A stretch of DNA of 64,000 nt from Tolypothrix carrinoi HA7290-LM1 (GCA_019358935.1 JAHHIK010000033.1:1-64000), one strand, 5' to 3'. Shown: positions 42,201 through 52,676, counted from the stretch's first letter. A program made the numbers and translations. Notes: generated from the sequence alone by a model not told the origin.

Positions 42201-42252
42201 CAGAATTGACATTGGCGCTTATGAGTCTGACTTTATGACCCCGCCGGCGTAA
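39208..42252 (+). CDS. Large secreted/surface protein: DUF4114, Calx-beta, GGGIYN beta-helix repeats, choice-of-anchor-Q-like C-terminus
   Basis: WEDLKGGGDKDFNDLV; FAAGETSK..DETDETI; GSLRQA; repeated GGGIYN; LGSLANNGG.TQT..L..GSPAIN..DQRG..DIGAYE. Confidence 0.85.
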   Translation: MNDKNTNDLSIEASINYLSSKDSNGLSNIFALSGSSSSSTSVQFSLSQREAAFINEIGVFVVSDDKGTVNGIAPGQEGYMQAAFTQSRVIFSSLSEKASAGINFVRQLTFKAGERLGFYMVADNTTSSVDTTSGKTSENVFFSLSACNSDKFDHVRVKDKGKSTFDLAWEDLKGGGDKDFNDLVLKMEIVKTPPALGSGLQGGKEGEIIDLRSVKGQISANFTLNSDSSNRNYVGFYRINDAQGTVTDPLTGKTITPGEVGYAQAAIRQSIVSFNQSSTSSTSIEAGGLFATYIIANGTSEQFLSLNQSNQEGSGPVAYFTYHKANPDKLQHIRQCGDNTFGFEQPSIKGKREFSYTVFKVDLSVKTEIDIDNGSDDDDDDDDDIDIDDGSENTNLQAGTLAFAAANYSGVEGNSSTVDTIVAKIQRTGGSLGAVSVDVQFDDGSTATSDDYNNKTITINFAAGETSKDIVIPILGDTTDETDETIKLKLFNATGGAILGSQQTATYKIINDDALVNISATNATVTETASATNTSTFRISRTGSTSAELAVNLDIDSSSTVTSNTGGAFAVDYSLSGGNIYGTDKTRSVIIPVGMSFVDVTLTTINDIHAEADEILKLSLAAGGYSIDTTNNNATVTIAANDTEVINTSDSGEGSLRQALINANDFTGLDNITFNIPTTDSGYTAATEMYTITLASDLDNISDDVNITGLGANKLTVSGNNAVGVFYIDSGKTVNLDGLTIANGKANEGGGIYNDGILTVTNSTITGNSASGTGVAYTDTDGLGGGIYNEGTLTVIDSTISGNEADYTGVGAGGYGGGIYNEGSLTVTNSTIADNKATLTSGSYGGWGGGIYTKGIGTVTVSNTTLSGNSAVYSGSGGSGGFGGGIYNDGGSSTVNAKNTIIAKNTASSSDPDFYGTLTSQGYNLIGVYSGTAATGDNFGTNAVPVDPKLGSLANNGGLTQTMALLDGSPAINTGDPAFTSPPTTDQRGTGFNRIKNIRIDIGAYESDFMTPPA

Positions 42253-42327
42253 GCTATCAACTGTTTTCCACTCGTTGTTGCGATCGCCCTCTCTCTAAAA
42301 GTGCGATCGCCTTAACAAAACTTCTGC

Positions 42328-43143
42328 TTAGAACCCCGACTTCTTAGAGAAGTCGGGGTTCTTGTTGCTCAAAAATACTTCTACCACATCTCCCAACTGC
42401 ATCTGCAACTGTAACTGTGCATTACCGCTGTTGATGGCAATTTCTACCCAGCCGTGACTACCAATTAAAGCGATCGCATCCCCAACCGACACATCAGCGT
42501 AAGTTTCACAACCTGCGATCGTCAATCCCGCAGCTTTCACATACCAGGTTTTTCCTTGCACGTAACTTGCTTCAATATTGCTGATTAAGTTGCCAAAATG
42601 GTCAATATATTGTATGCAACCCGTTACACCAGTTTGTGTTAAACTGCATTCTGCTAAATTTAACTTTATCAGCTTTGCTGGATCGATTTCTCTCCCTAGC
42701 TGTTTTAAAGAAACACCGCTCTTCAGATGCGCTGCCACAGGTGCAAAAATATCTCTACCGTGAAAAGTTCTGCTGGGTTCTTGAGTTCGCCAATATTGAG
42801 AGTTTGTCAGTTCGACTGCGGTAATGGCGGGACTTTGACTAAGTACCCCACTAAATATACCATTGTCAGGTCCCACCAAAAACCCATCAGCTAATTGTAA
42901 GGCGATCGCTCTCCTGATTCCTCCCACCCCCGGATCTACTACCGCTACATGCACCGTCCCATTTGGGAAATAAGCATAAGCATTCATTAAGCAAAATCTT
43001 GCCGCAGCGATGTTTTGTGGGGGAATTTGGTGCGTTAAGTCTATCACTGTTAATTTTGGGTTAATTTGGGCGATTACTCCCTTCATTACGCCGACATACA
43101 CATCGCGATCGCCAAAATCGCTGAGTAACGTAATTTGACTCAT
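42328..43143 (-). CDS. DUF62 SAM hydroxide adenosyltransferase (chlorinase/fluorinase family)
   Basis: TLLSDFG, VVDPGVG, GPDNG, TFHGRDIFAP, IDHFGN. Confidence 0.92.
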   Translation of the reverse strand: MSQITLLSDFGDRDVYVGVMKGVIAQINPKLTVIDLTHQIPPQNIAAARFCLMNAYAYFPNGTVHVAVVDPGVGGIRRAIALQLADGFLVGPDNGIFSGVLSQSPAITAVELTNSQYWRTQEPSRTFHGRDIFAPVAAHLKSGVSLKQLGREIDPAKLIKLNLAECSLTQTGVTGCIQYIDHFGNLISNIEASYVQGKTWYVKAAGLTIAGCETYADVSVGDAIALIGSHGWVEIAINSGNAQLQLQMQLGDVVEVFLSNKNPDFSKKSGF

Positions 43144-43187
43144 CTGAAAAAAATATATCAATTAAATCTATAAAACCACATTTTTCT

Positions 43188-43201
43188 GTAGCCTATGTTA
43201 C
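43188..43201 (+). promoter_or_regulatory. NtcA-binding site, repressor-like position
   Basis: GTA-GCCTATGT-TAC = GTA-N8-TAC, 11 nt before a TATATT -10-like hexamer (43213-43218) upstream of pirA. Confidence 0.7.
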
Positions 43202-43260
43202 GGAAGTTGTGCTATATTAGGAAATGAAGATATAAAGCAAAAACTTAACAGGGAAAACTT

Positions 43261-43416
43261 ATGCTTAATAACAGAATGCAAGCAGCAAAACAAGCTGAAG
43301 AAACTCATCACGAGAATCTGCAAAAAAACCTAGAACATCGCTTGCAAGTAGCTAGAGCCAAAGGTGACGAAAACCTAGTGCGTCAACTAGAAGCCGAAAT
43401 GAAGTATATAGGTTAA
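43261..43416 (+). CDS. pirA: PII-interacting regulator of arginine synthesis PirA (Ssr0692 homologue), 51 aa
   Basis: MLNNRMQAAKQAEETHHENLQKNLEHRLQVARAKGDENLVRQLEAEMKYIG; below the ORF-track cutoff. Confidence 0.82.
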   Translation: MLNNRMQAAKQAEETHHENLQKNLEHRLQVARAKGDENLVRQLEAEMKYIG

Positions 43417-43454
43417 ACAAGCACCACAATTGTAAAGAATTATTTCTTGATAAA

Positions 43455-43482
43455 CAGCCCGCGAAAGCGGGTTTTCTTTTTT
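43455..43482 (+). terminator. Intrinsic terminator
   Basis: CCCGC-GAAA-GCGGG hairpin followed by TTTTCTTTTTT. Confidence 0.8.
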
Positions 43483-43495
43483 GGGGTGTACTTAG

Positions 43496-44191
43496 TTAAC
43501 CAACAGTTTTATACTCTGTGTCTGCTGCACTCGTGGAAGTAATTATATAAGCGGCGTGAGGACTTTTAAAAGTTGTTTGCGCTTGTGGGTGTTGGCAAGC
43601 GATCGCAGTCGTAACGTGTTCTTTTTCGTCGTCGCGAATGCAGACAAAGACATCATACAAGTTGTTAATTACCGGGCGGCGATCGTAAGGACGACGGGAT
43701 GTTTGAAATTCGTCGAACATATACAAGTCCCCATCGCGGTAATAGTTGATTGCAACTATCGGTGCGGGTAGCTGTTTCAGTAATCGTGCATTTCTACGCA
43801 GAAAGTTATCATAAGTATGATAAGCGTGTTCTTCTACCAATTGGCTGAAGTAGTAAGCGTGACGCGGTGAAAGCATGTATAAAAATACAATCACCCAGTA
43901 GTAAACCAAGGCTGTAAAACGGGCAAGAAATCTGTCAATCAAGCGGCGATTTCCGCCCAGAGATTCCATAATTAGCAAGTGATGGTATTCATTCCAAGCT
44001 TGAGCAAAGTGGACTTTGAGCCATTCAGCTTTGCGCCATATCCCTAAAGTTTCGTATAAGTGCAGTACTGAAACGAAGGAAAAATAAGGAACACGCGCCA
44101 CGGTTTCCAAAACGTAAAAACGGGCGTAAGGACGTTTTTTATATAACTTGTCGATAACGAAAACTAAACAATTGACGAGAAATTTAATCAT
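43496..44191 (-). CDS. ptox: Plastoquinol terminal oxidase (alternative oxidase family)
   Basis: LETVARVPYF, NEYHH, EEHAYHTY, RDDEKEH di-iron motifs. Confidence 0.92.
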   Translation of the reverse strand: MIKFLVNCLVFVIDKLYKKRPYARFYVLETVARVPYFSFVSVLHLYETLGIWRKAEWLKVHFAQAWNEYHHLLIMESLGGNRRLIDRFLARFTALVYYWVIVFLYMLSPRHAYYFSQLVEEHAYHTYDNFLRRNARLLKQLPAPIVAINYYRDGDLYMFDEFQTSRRPYDRRPVINNLYDVFVCIRDDEKEHVTTAIACQHPQAQTTFKSPHAAYIITSTSAADTEYKTVG

Positions 44192-44670
44192 TTTTTATCC
44201 TTCACCCGTGGTATCATCAGAAGTCAATCAGCCATTGATTGTTGTGCCCTGTCATTGTTGATACTGATTGAGTTGATTAAATTCCGGTAAATGTTGAGAA
44301 ATTCGTGTCTAGACAAGCAGATTTTCTACACCTGCTGTTGTCGCCGTAATTGCTACTTGAATAATTCTGCTATGTAGTGAGCGGTTTACCGCTCATATCT
44401 TAAGTTTTAAGCAGTATCCCTTACTACATTTAGAAGCGTTTATTTACACTTTAGTACTTAACACTTCCATTTTTTAAACAGCCAAACTTATAAGTATTTC
44501 CGGATACGTCATCTGAAGGATGATGTATAAAGTATAAAGTATGAAGTAAGACCCCACGGATAAATCAGAAAAATTGAAATATCTTATGTGCTTTTTCTCT
44601 GCACCATAAATAAATTTAGGAGCTTGTAGTAATGGTCTTACTTCATCCTTTATCCTTCATCCTTTATCCT

Positions 44671-45915
44671 TTATTTGACTTGCGTCACGCGCCAACTGAG
44701 TTTAAGGTTAACCCAGAAGTTCCAGATAGTAGCAACAGCGATCGCAATCAAATTTGCGATATAGCGGTTTTGTATAATAAAATTAAACACAATATTCAAT
44801 ACCAGCACATTCAACACTAAACCGGCAAGACAAATAATGTTGAATTTCAAAAATCGCTTCATGCGTTGACGCCATTCGTGCTGCTCAGTAGAAACATCAG
44901 CAAAAGTCCAAGCATCATTCCACAAGAAATTATTGATAATCGCAATTTCACCCGCAATAATTTTACTGCGAGTTAAAGGCAAAGCCAAGGTACTTGGGTC
45001 ACTGAGCAAGTAAAGCACTGTCATATCTACAAATACTCCACTGAGTCCCACCAAGCCAAAACGGAGAAATCGACCAACAGGAAAATTGATGCGTTGACTG
45101 ATTTTTCCCAACCGTCCTGTTGCCAGCCTTAACCGTACTAAGTGGTGTATGTAGTCGATATATTGCTTACTCGTGACTTTACTTTCACCCTTAACACGTT
45201 CGCAAAACACATAGCCAACTTCGGCAATTTCGCGCACCTTACCCCGTCCAATCACCTCAAGGAGAATTTTGTATCCTACTGGATTGAGCGTCGCACCTGC
45301 TATGGAACTTCGACGTACCATAAAATAACCACTCATCGGGTCAGATACCCTACCCAGTACATCAGGTAAAATAATTAACCCTAACAACTGAGCGCCACGA
45401 GACAAGAAACGCCGGATAAAACTCCAGCTACTTACACCACCACCGTCTACGTGACGACTAGCTACTGCCATGTCTGCACCTTTTTGAATGGCGCGTAACA
45501 ATTGCGTCAGCACTTCTGGCGGATGCTGTAAATCCCCATCAATTACTCCTAAAACACGTCCCCTTGCTGCTTGCCAGCCGCGAATCACTGCACTTGAAAG
45601 CCCCCGCTCATTTTGACGACGCATCACCCGTAATTGCCGATATTCTCGCCTCAGAGACTCGGCAACTTCCCAAGTGCGGTCTGGGCTATCATCGTCCACT
45701 ACAATCAACTCGTAATTTCCAGGGATAGACTCATCTAGCAGTTGGCTCAATATCCTGACAACGTTCTTGATATTTTCTCGTTCTTTGTAAGTCGGAATCA
45801 CCAAAGACAAGAGGATGTTTTCACTACCTGCATCCACTGTACTTGGCGGTAATTCAGGAATCTGTAATGCACCAGTTGGCACTGACAAAAGTGAATCAGG
45901 TTCAATGATACTCAT
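44671..45915 (-). CDS. GT2 polyprenol-phosphate glycosyltransferase fused to GtrA flippase domain
   Basis: VVDDDSPD, DGDLQHPP, DPMSGYF; C-terminal RFGLVG...NNFLWN..WTF. Confidence 0.92.
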   Translation of the reverse strand: MSIIEPDSLLSVPTGALQIPELPPSTVDAGSENILLSLVIPTYKERENIKNVVRILSQLLDESIPGNYELIVVDDDSPDRTWEVAESLRREYRQLRVMRRQNERGLSSAVIRGWQAARGRVLGVIDGDLQHPPEVLTQLLRAIQKGADMAVASRHVDGGGVSSWSFIRRFLSRGAQLLGLIILPDVLGRVSDPMSGYFMVRRSSIAGATLNPVGYKILLEVIGRGKVREIAEVGYVFCERVKGESKVTSKQYIDYIHHLVRLRLATGRLGKISQRINFPVGRFLRFGLVGLSGVFVDMTVLYLLSDPSTLALPLTRSKIIAGEIAIINNFLWNDAWTFADVSTEQHEWRQRMKRFLKFNIICLAGLVLNVLVLNIVFNFIIQNRYIANLIAIAVATIWNFWVNLKLSWRVTQVK

Positions 45916-46180
45916 GCAGAAAGACTATATGGGGAAACGGTGTTGTTAGTAATTATGCTTGAGGAAAGGTATGTGGAATTAATCTTAAAAATTTTCTACC
46001 AAAAGACGTATACAAAAAGTAATATTTTTTACAAAAAATTAAAGTTAGCAATTCTCGTTTGTATTTTCAGCCAAAAGAGGTAATAAAAAAATCGTCGTTA
46101 TTCTTTATACTAAGTTTTGACTTGCCAACAAACTAATACTGTCAAATTACTTTGTATAAAATGGCTCTTAGACTTAGTAT

Positions 46181-47809
46181 ATGAACAGCAACTTGCGACC
46201 TGTTTGGGCATTTCCTCCGAAAGGGTTACGGTTTTTAGTGATTGTTCTATTAGTATTGGGTGTATTTTTTCGCTTTGTCAATATTGACCGAAAAGTTTAC
46301 TGGTTTGACGAGACTTTTACCTCATTACGGATTTCTGGTTACACAGAAAAAGAAGCGATCGCCCAACTTTGCAATGGTCAACAAATTGGTGTTGAAGATT
46401 TACAGAAATATCAGCATCTTACTCCTGGAAAAACCTTAACAGATACTCTTAAATCTCTAGCAGTAGAAGACCCTCAACATCCACCGCTATATTACGTGAT
46501 GACGCGATTTTGGGTGCAATGGTTTGGCAGTTCAGTTGCAGTAACCAGAAGTTTGACGGCACTGTTTAGCGTGTTGGCATTACCCTGCATCTATTGGCTA
46601 TGTCTGGAATTATTTAACTCGTCGCTCGTGGCATCGGTTGCAGTTGCACTGCTTGCTGTGTCGCCATTTCATGTGCTGTACGCACAGGAAGCGCGGGAGT
46701 ATAGTTTGTGGGGTCTAACAACTTTGCTATCAAGCGCAACACTGCTACGGGCAATGCGACTACAAACAAAGCTCAGTTGGGGAATGTATGCAGTAACTGT
46801 GGCATTGGGGCTATATACATTTCTCTTTTCTGGGTTGGTGACAGTTGCTCATGGTGTTTATGTGTTTGCAATTGAACGCTTTCGATTAACTAAGAAGGTT
46901 ATTGCTTATCTAGTTGCGCCTTTAGTGGGATTTCTAGCTTTCACGCCCTGGCTAGTAGTTATTCTTAGTCAATCGGCTCAAATTAATAAAACAACAGGCT
47001 GGACAGGTGAAGTTAAAATAAGTCGGTTAGCTCTGATTAAAAACTGGATTGTTAACCTTAGCTATTTTTTTGTTGATTTTAACTACGATACCATACGTGG
47101 TGCTGAAGGCTCTTGGTTTAAATTATTAGTAGCATATTCAAGTCCTTTTATCTTAATTTTTGTCGGATATTCAATTTATTTTCTCTGTCGTAAGTCTCCA
47201 AAGCAAGTTTGGTTGTTTGTCTTAACATTGATTGGAGTGACAGCGCTACCCTTAGCTATACCAGATTTCATTTCCGGGGGAGTGCGATCGCAAGTCCCTC
47301 GGTATTTAATTCCTTGTTATTTAGGTATTCAGCTAGCTGTTTCTTACCTTTTAGCAACTCAAATTTTCTCGTCTTGCGTTACCATTGGGAGACAAAAGCT
47401 TTGGCAGCTTGTTATGGTTACGCTGATTTCAGCCGGAGTCATATCCTGTGCGATCGTTTCTCAAACAGAGACTTGGTGGTATAAGGATCTTAACCTTTAT
47501 ACTCCCCAAGTTGTTGCGATCGTCAACCAAACTCCCCAGCCACTGGTGATTACTTCGTGTCAGGCAACGTGGCCTCTGGGTGATGAAATGGCTCTCTCAC
47601 ATCGGCTCGATCCAAAAGTGCGGCTTCTGTTGGTGAACGAGTCAAATGTGCCCCAAATTCCTAATACTTTCAGTGATGTGTTTTTCTACAATCCTTTTTA
47701 CAATCCTCCCCTGCCGATATTGCGATATAAGCTTGAGAAAGAGCAGAAATACAAGATAGAGGAGAATGTTTACCCCAAAAATATCCAGCTTTGGAAACTA
47801 ACTAAATAG
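46181..47809 (+). CDS. GT-C (family 39/PMT-like) membrane glycosyltransferase, paralog 1
   Basis: YWFDE, QHPPLYY, SPFHVLYAQEAREYSL. Confidence 0.9.
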   Translation: MNSNLRPVWAFPPKGLRFLVIVLLVLGVFFRFVNIDRKVYWFDETFTSLRISGYTEKEAIAQLCNGQQIGVEDLQKYQHLTPGKTLTDTLKSLAVEDPQHPPLYYVMTRFWVQWFGSSVAVTRSLTALFSVLALPCIYWLCLELFNSSLVASVAVALLAVSPFHVLYAQEAREYSLWGLTTLLSSATLLRAMRLQTKLSWGMYAVTVALGLYTFLFSGLVTVAHGVYVFAIERFRLTKKVIAYLVAPLVGFLAFTPWLVVILSQSAQINKTTGWTGEVKISRLALIKNWIVNLSYFFVDFNYDTIRGAEGSWFKLLVAYSSPFILIFVGYSIYFLCRKSPKQVWLFVLTLIGVTALPLAIPDFISGGVRSQVPRYLIPCYLGIQLAVSYLLATQIFSSCVTIGRQKLWQLVMVTLISAGVISCAIVSQTETWWYKDLNLYTPQVVAIVNQTPQPLVITSCQATWPLGDEMALSHRLDPKVRLLLVNESNVPQIPNTFSDVFFYNPFYNPPLPILRYKLEKEQKYKIEENVYPKNIQLWKLTK

Positions 47810-47919
47810 TTGGAATTTACAGATTAAAAGAATTTGATGTAATGCCGAGTTATCCTCGTTAATGTGACTTAATTATATCAGGTGCGGCAAATTACACATA
47901 TTGTAGAGACGTTTAGTAT

Positions 47920-49554
47920 ATGAACAGTAACTTGCCGCCTGTTTGGGCATTTCCTCCGAAAGGGTTACGATTTTTAGTGATTGTTGTATTAGTATTGGGT
48001 GTATTTTTTCGCTTCGTCAATATTGACCGAAAAGTCTACTGGTTTGACGAGACTCTTACCTCATTACGGATTTCTGGCTACACAATGTCAGAAACAGTTG
48101 GGCAAGTCTGCACTGGTCAAGAAATTGGGGTTAAAGATTTACAGAAATATCAACGTCTTACTCCTGAAAAAACTTTAACAGATACTATTAACTCTTTTGT
48201 AGTAGAAAACGCTCAACATCCGCCGCTATATTATGTGCTATCGCGATTTTGGGCGCAATGGTTTGGCAGTTCTGTTGCGGTAATAAGAAGTTTGTCTGCC
48301 ATCATTAGTTTGCTAGTATTCCCCTGCATCTATTGGCTATGCTGGGAATTATTTAACTCGTCGCTCGTGGGATGGGTTGCAGTTGCACTAATAGCTGTGT
48401 CACCATTTCATGTTTTGTACGCACAGGAAGCGCGGGAGTATAGTTTGTGGACTGTGACAATTTTGCTATCTAGTGCAACACTACTACGGGCAATGCGATT
48501 GCAAACAAAGCTTAGTTGGTTAATGTATGCAGTATCTGCGGCATTAGGGCTGTATACATTTTTGTTTTCTGTACTAGTGACGATCGCTCATGGTGTTTAT
48601 GTATTCGTAATTGAACGCTTTCGATTCACTCAGAGGGTTATTGCTTATTTGCTGGCATCTTTATTAGGATTTTTAGCTTTCACACCTTGGCTAGTAATTG
48701 TTATTACTAATTTAGGGAAAGTTAATGAAACAACAGACTGGACATCTAATAAAATACCCAACTTAAGTTTGATTAAGTCTTGGATTGTTAACTTGAGCTA
48801 TTTTTTTATTGATTTTAACTACGATTTGAGGAGTGTTTATAATGACTCTGTATTGAAATTGATAGTTAAATTTTTGATTCCTGTTATCTTAATTTTAGTA
48901 GGCTATTCGATTTATTTTCTTTGTCGTAATACACAACAGCGAATTTGGTTATTTATATTGATATTGATTGGGGTTACAGCGCTACCTCTAGCAATGCCTG
49001 ATTTAATTTTTGGAGGAGTGCGATCGCAAGCTTCTCGGTATCTCATTCCTACCTATTTGGGTATTCAGCTTGCTGTTGCATATCTGCTGGCAACTCAAAT
49101 TATCTCCACTGTTAACAACCAAAGACGAAAGCTTTGGCAACTTGTGATGGTTCTGCTGATTTCAGCCGGAGTCATGTCTTGTGCCATCAGTTCTCAAGCA
49201 GAAACTTGGTGGCTGAAGTTTCTTAACATTTATACTCCTCAGATGGTTAGAATTATCAACCAAACTGCCAACCCACTTTTAATTGTTTCCTGTGAGGGAA
49301 ACTCGTCTATAGGTCATGGAATGTTTCTCAGCCATGTGCTGGCTCCAAAAGTGCGGCTTCGGTTGGTGAATGAGTCGAATGTGGCGCAAATTTCTGATAA
49401 TTTCAGTAATAGTTTCAGTGACGTTTTTTTATACAATCCTGACTACAATACTATTTCGCAAGTATTCTTAGATAAGCTTGAAAACCAGCATAAATACAAG
49501 ATTGAAAAAAACATTTATCCAGAAAATCTTGGTCTTTGGAAATTAAGCAAATAG
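47920..49554 (+). CDS. GT-C (family 39/PMT-like) membrane glycosyltransferase, paralog 2
   Basis: Same motifs; collinear with paralog 1. Confidence 0.9.
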   Translation: MNSNLPPVWAFPPKGLRFLVIVVLVLGVFFRFVNIDRKVYWFDETLTSLRISGYTMSETVGQVCTGQEIGVKDLQKYQRLTPEKTLTDTINSFVVENAQHPPLYYVLSRFWAQWFGSSVAVIRSLSAIISLLVFPCIYWLCWELFNSSLVGWVAVALIAVSPFHVLYAQEAREYSLWTVTILLSSATLLRAMRLQTKLSWLMYAVSAALGLYTFLFSVLVTIAHGVYVFVIERFRFTQRVIAYLLASLLGFLAFTPWLVIVITNLGKVNETTDWTSNKIPNLSLIKSWIVNLSYFFIDFNYDLRSVYNDSVLKLIVKFLIPVILILVGYSIYFLCRNTQQRIWLFILILIGVTALPLAMPDLIFGGVRSQASRYLIPTYLGIQLAVAYLLATQIISTVNNQRRKLWQLVMVLLISAGVMSCAISSQAETWWLKFLNIYTPQMVRIINQTANPLLIVSCEGNSSIGHGMFLSHVLAPKVRLRLVNESNVAQISDNFSNSFSDVFLYNPDYNTISQVFLDKLENQHKYKIEKNIYPENLGLWKLSK

Positions 49555-49737
49555 TTAGAGTCGTGTGTCTGAATCATATCATGTCCTACAAATTAGACAT
49601 ATTGTAGAGACGTTCGGTGTGGAACGTCTCTACGACGGGTTTTTATACCAATCCTATATGATTTGTAAAAATTTACGGTGTCCAGATCCCCGACTTCGCA
49701 TAAGTTGTCGGGGATCTAACTTTTCAACGGATGAAGT

Positions 49738-51525
49738 TTAAGACTTCGGTTTATAAGTCGATGCAACATGCAATTCTTTGAGCTGCTTTGCATCCACTCC
49801 TGAAGGTGCATCTGTTAACAAACAACGCGCTTGTTGCGTTTTCGGAAAGGCAATTACATCGCGAATTGATTCTTCACCAGCTAACAACATTACCAAGCGA
49901 TCTAAACCGTAGGCAATACCACCATGCGGCGGTGTACCATATTCAAATGCCTCTAAAAGAAAGCCAAATTTACTTTGTGCTTCTTCCGGAGATAAACCGA
50001 TCGCTTCAAATACTTCTTCTTGAATTTCTCGCTGATAAATTCGCCGACTACCACCACCAACTTCAAAGCCGTTGTAAACTAAATCATACGCTTGGGCGCG
50101 GGCGGTTTTCAAGTCGGACAAGTCATCAGGATGCGGTGCTGTAAATGGATGGTGCAATGCTTCCAAGCGTTTTTCGTCAGCATTCCACTCAAACATCGGG
50201 AAATCTACCACCCAAAGCAAGTTGATTTTTTCCGAATCGATTAATTTAAATTCTCTGGCAATGACTTGACGCAATCTATCTAAAGTCTTATTGACAGTTG
50301 CCGCATCAGCTGCTGCAAATAGTAACAGATGTCCGGGTTTGGCATCGGTGCGGCGTAAAATTTCTTGCTTTTGTTCTGGTGTTAAGTTATCTTTAATTGC
50401 GCCGATGGTGTCGATTTCCCCATCTTCTCTGACGCGGATGTATGCTAAACCTTTCGCACCGGCTTCAGCAGCTTCTTTAAATAAGTCGCCACCCGGTTTA
50501 ATACGGACATTGGAGATTGTATCATTGCCGTTGGGAATCGGTAGGATTTTCACAATACCGCCATTGGCAACGGCTTCACGAAAGACTTTGAAACCAGAGT
50601 CTTTCAAGACATCCGAAACATTGACTAGTTCCAGACCGTAGCGGGTATCAGGTTTATCACAGCCGTAGCGTTCCATTGCGTCTGCGTAGGTGAGACGCGG
50701 AAAGGGAAGTTGTAATTCGATACCTTTAACTGTTTTGAAGATATGCGAAACTAACTTCTCGTTAAGTTCGATAATTTCTTCTTGGGACATGAAACTCATT
50801 TCCATGTCCAATTGCGTGAATTCTGGTTGTCTGTCAGCGCGTAAGTCTTCGTCGCGGAAACAACGAGCAATTTGATAATAGCGATCGCATCCTGCTACCA
50901 TCAATATCTGTTTGAATAGCTGCGGTGATTGCGGTAAAGCAAACCACTCACCAGGACTGACGCGACTGGGTAAAATGTAATCGCGTGCGCCTTCGGGGGT
51001 GGAACGAGTTAAGATGGGGGTTTCCACCTCGATGAAGTTTTCTACATCTTCGAGATAGCGACGCATGGTTTTGACAACTTGATGACGCAATTGTAAGTTA
51101 TGCGCCATGCGATCGCGTCGCAAATCTAGATAACGATATTTCAGCCGCAAGTCTTCCCGCACATTCTCGCTGTCTGCGGTGGAAACTTGAAAAGGTAACT
51201 GTTTGCGAACAGCGTTTAGCAATTCAATTTTATCGGCGTAGATTTCCACTTCGCCTGTGGGGATGCGGGTATTTAGCGATTCAGAAGGACGCTGCGTCAC
51301 CCTACCTGTGATTTCCACGACATATTCATTACGCAGAGCGTTAGCTGGTTCGTAAGAATCTGGGGTACGTTGGGGATCGCTGACAATTTGGACAACGCCA
51401 GAGCGATCGCGTAAATCTAAGAATATCACACCTCCATGATCGCGGCGACGGTCTACCCATCCGTACAAAGTGACAGTTTCTCCAATATGTGATGAACGGA
51501 GTGCGCCGCAATAGTGAGTTCGCAT
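49738..51525 (-). CDS. aspS: Aspartate--tRNA ligase
   Basis: [41 protein letters not shown]. Confidence 0.98.
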   Translation of the reverse strand: MRTHYCGALRSSHIGETVTLYGWVDRRRDHGGVIFLDLRDRSGVVQIVSDPQRTPDSYEPANALRNEYVVEITGRVTQRPSESLNTRIPTGEVEIYADKIELLNAVRKQLPFQVSTADSENVREDLRLKYRYLDLRRDRMAHNLQLRHQVVKTMRRYLEDVENFIEVETPILTRSTPEGARDYILPSRVSPGEWFALPQSPQLFKQILMVAGCDRYYQIARCFRDEDLRADRQPEFTQLDMEMSFMSQEEIIELNEKLVSHIFKTVKGIELQLPFPRLTYADAMERYGCDKPDTRYGLELVNVSDVLKDSGFKVFREAVANGGIVKILPIPNGNDTISNVRIKPGGDLFKEAAEAGAKGLAYIRVREDGEIDTIGAIKDNLTPEQKQEILRRTDAKPGHLLLFAAADAATVNKTLDRLRQVIAREFKLIDSEKINLLWVVDFPMFEWNADEKRLEALHHPFTAPHPDDLSDLKTARAQAYDLVYNGFEVGGGSRRIYQREIQEEVFEAIGLSPEEAQSKFGFLLEAFEYGTPPHGGIAYGLDRLVMLLAGEESIRDVIAFPKTQQARCLLTDAPSGVDAKQLKELHVASTYKPKS

Positions 51526-51937
51526 AGGTCTTAATACTAATTTCTGGAGCTAGATGGGCTAGTGTAAGAAGGCAGAAGGCAGTTCGGCGAAGCCGTTGCC
51601 GAAGGCTAGGCAGAAGGCAGAAGGAAAGAAAGCTTGTGATAGTTGGCTTTTATCAACTGCGTAGTTATTTCTGCCACGCTGCACTAGTTTATGTCAAAGC
51701 TTTCCCATTATCTAGCATCAATAGTAATTGTAGTCATAAAGATGCAATAAGCAAATCGCCAAATTAGCAGATGGAGATTAAAAAGACGGAAGTTGGCGAG
51801 TTTTTCCTTTTTATACGAAATCAGGGAAGTCCCTGTATTTAGGCTGCGGACTCTGGAATACTATGTTTTAGTTTTTACAAAACCTGTGCTGTGTAACCCA
51901 ACTTACAGAATACAAGTGAACAGTTAACAGTTAACTG

Positions 51938-52408
51938 TTAATCACTATCTCCATAAAAATCTTCATCTAATAACTGTTCTAAAAGAAAAGGACAATCGAG
52001 AGGATATTCTTCTTGGGAAGGTTTTCTCACTTTTAATTTAGCGTTTTTACTTTCTTTGATTGCCAGTTTGCGACCATCGGCATAAGCTTTAGAAATAATT
52101 TCAGTAATATAGTTTTTAAAAGAAGGATTTTCTTCTAAATCTTTTTTTACTCGGAAACGATGTTCTGTCACAGAACTATACCAGCTTTGTTTCATCATTT
52201 CAGGAGCATCAGATTGAACGGTTAATTTTAGTAAATGAGCAATCAGTATCGTTAAATTACTCATAAATGACCGTTTCTCTGCTTTTCCCATGTCTTCTAG
52301 TTCTAAAAGCAAATGCTCCCAATCTATATCATTAAACCGATGCTCTTTAATCTGCTCAATAATGCTTTCTCGCCAAAGATTAAAATCTTGTTCATATAGA
52401 TTGTTCAT
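51938..52408 (-). CDS. DUF29 family protein
   Basis: LYEQDFNLW, IDWEHLLLELEDMG, HLLK, CPF..EQLLDEDF. Confidence 0.9.
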   Translation of the reverse strand: MNNLYEQDFNLWRESIIEQIKEHRFNDIDWEHLLLELEDMGKAEKRSFMSNLTILIAHLLKLTVQSDAPEMMKQSWYSSVTEHRFRVKKDLEENPSFKNYITEIISKAYADGRKLAIKESKNAKLKVRKPSQEEYPLDCPFLLEQLLDEDFYGDSD

Positions 52409-52676
52409 ATAGATTGTTAATAAATTTAAATGTAGGGTGTGTTGTCGCGCACCGCAACGCACCATCAAGAACTCAACGTGCGTTAGCCTACGGCATAACA
52501 CAACGCCAGATGCTACAACGGAGGGAACCTCCGCAACGCACTGGCTCCCCTACGAACTATATCTTGGGTATTTTGGTTTCTCTACAATAATTATGGCAAG
52601 CTTTGCCATTTACTGTCATGAGTGTTAAATAGTGCGTAGACACAAATTGAGTGTTAGTGACTAATGTTGCAAGGTA

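Noticed and set aside
42328..43143. Halogenase / natural-product cluster
   Set aside because: Most DUF62 proteins are SAM hydrolases, and no biosynthetic genes are adjacent.
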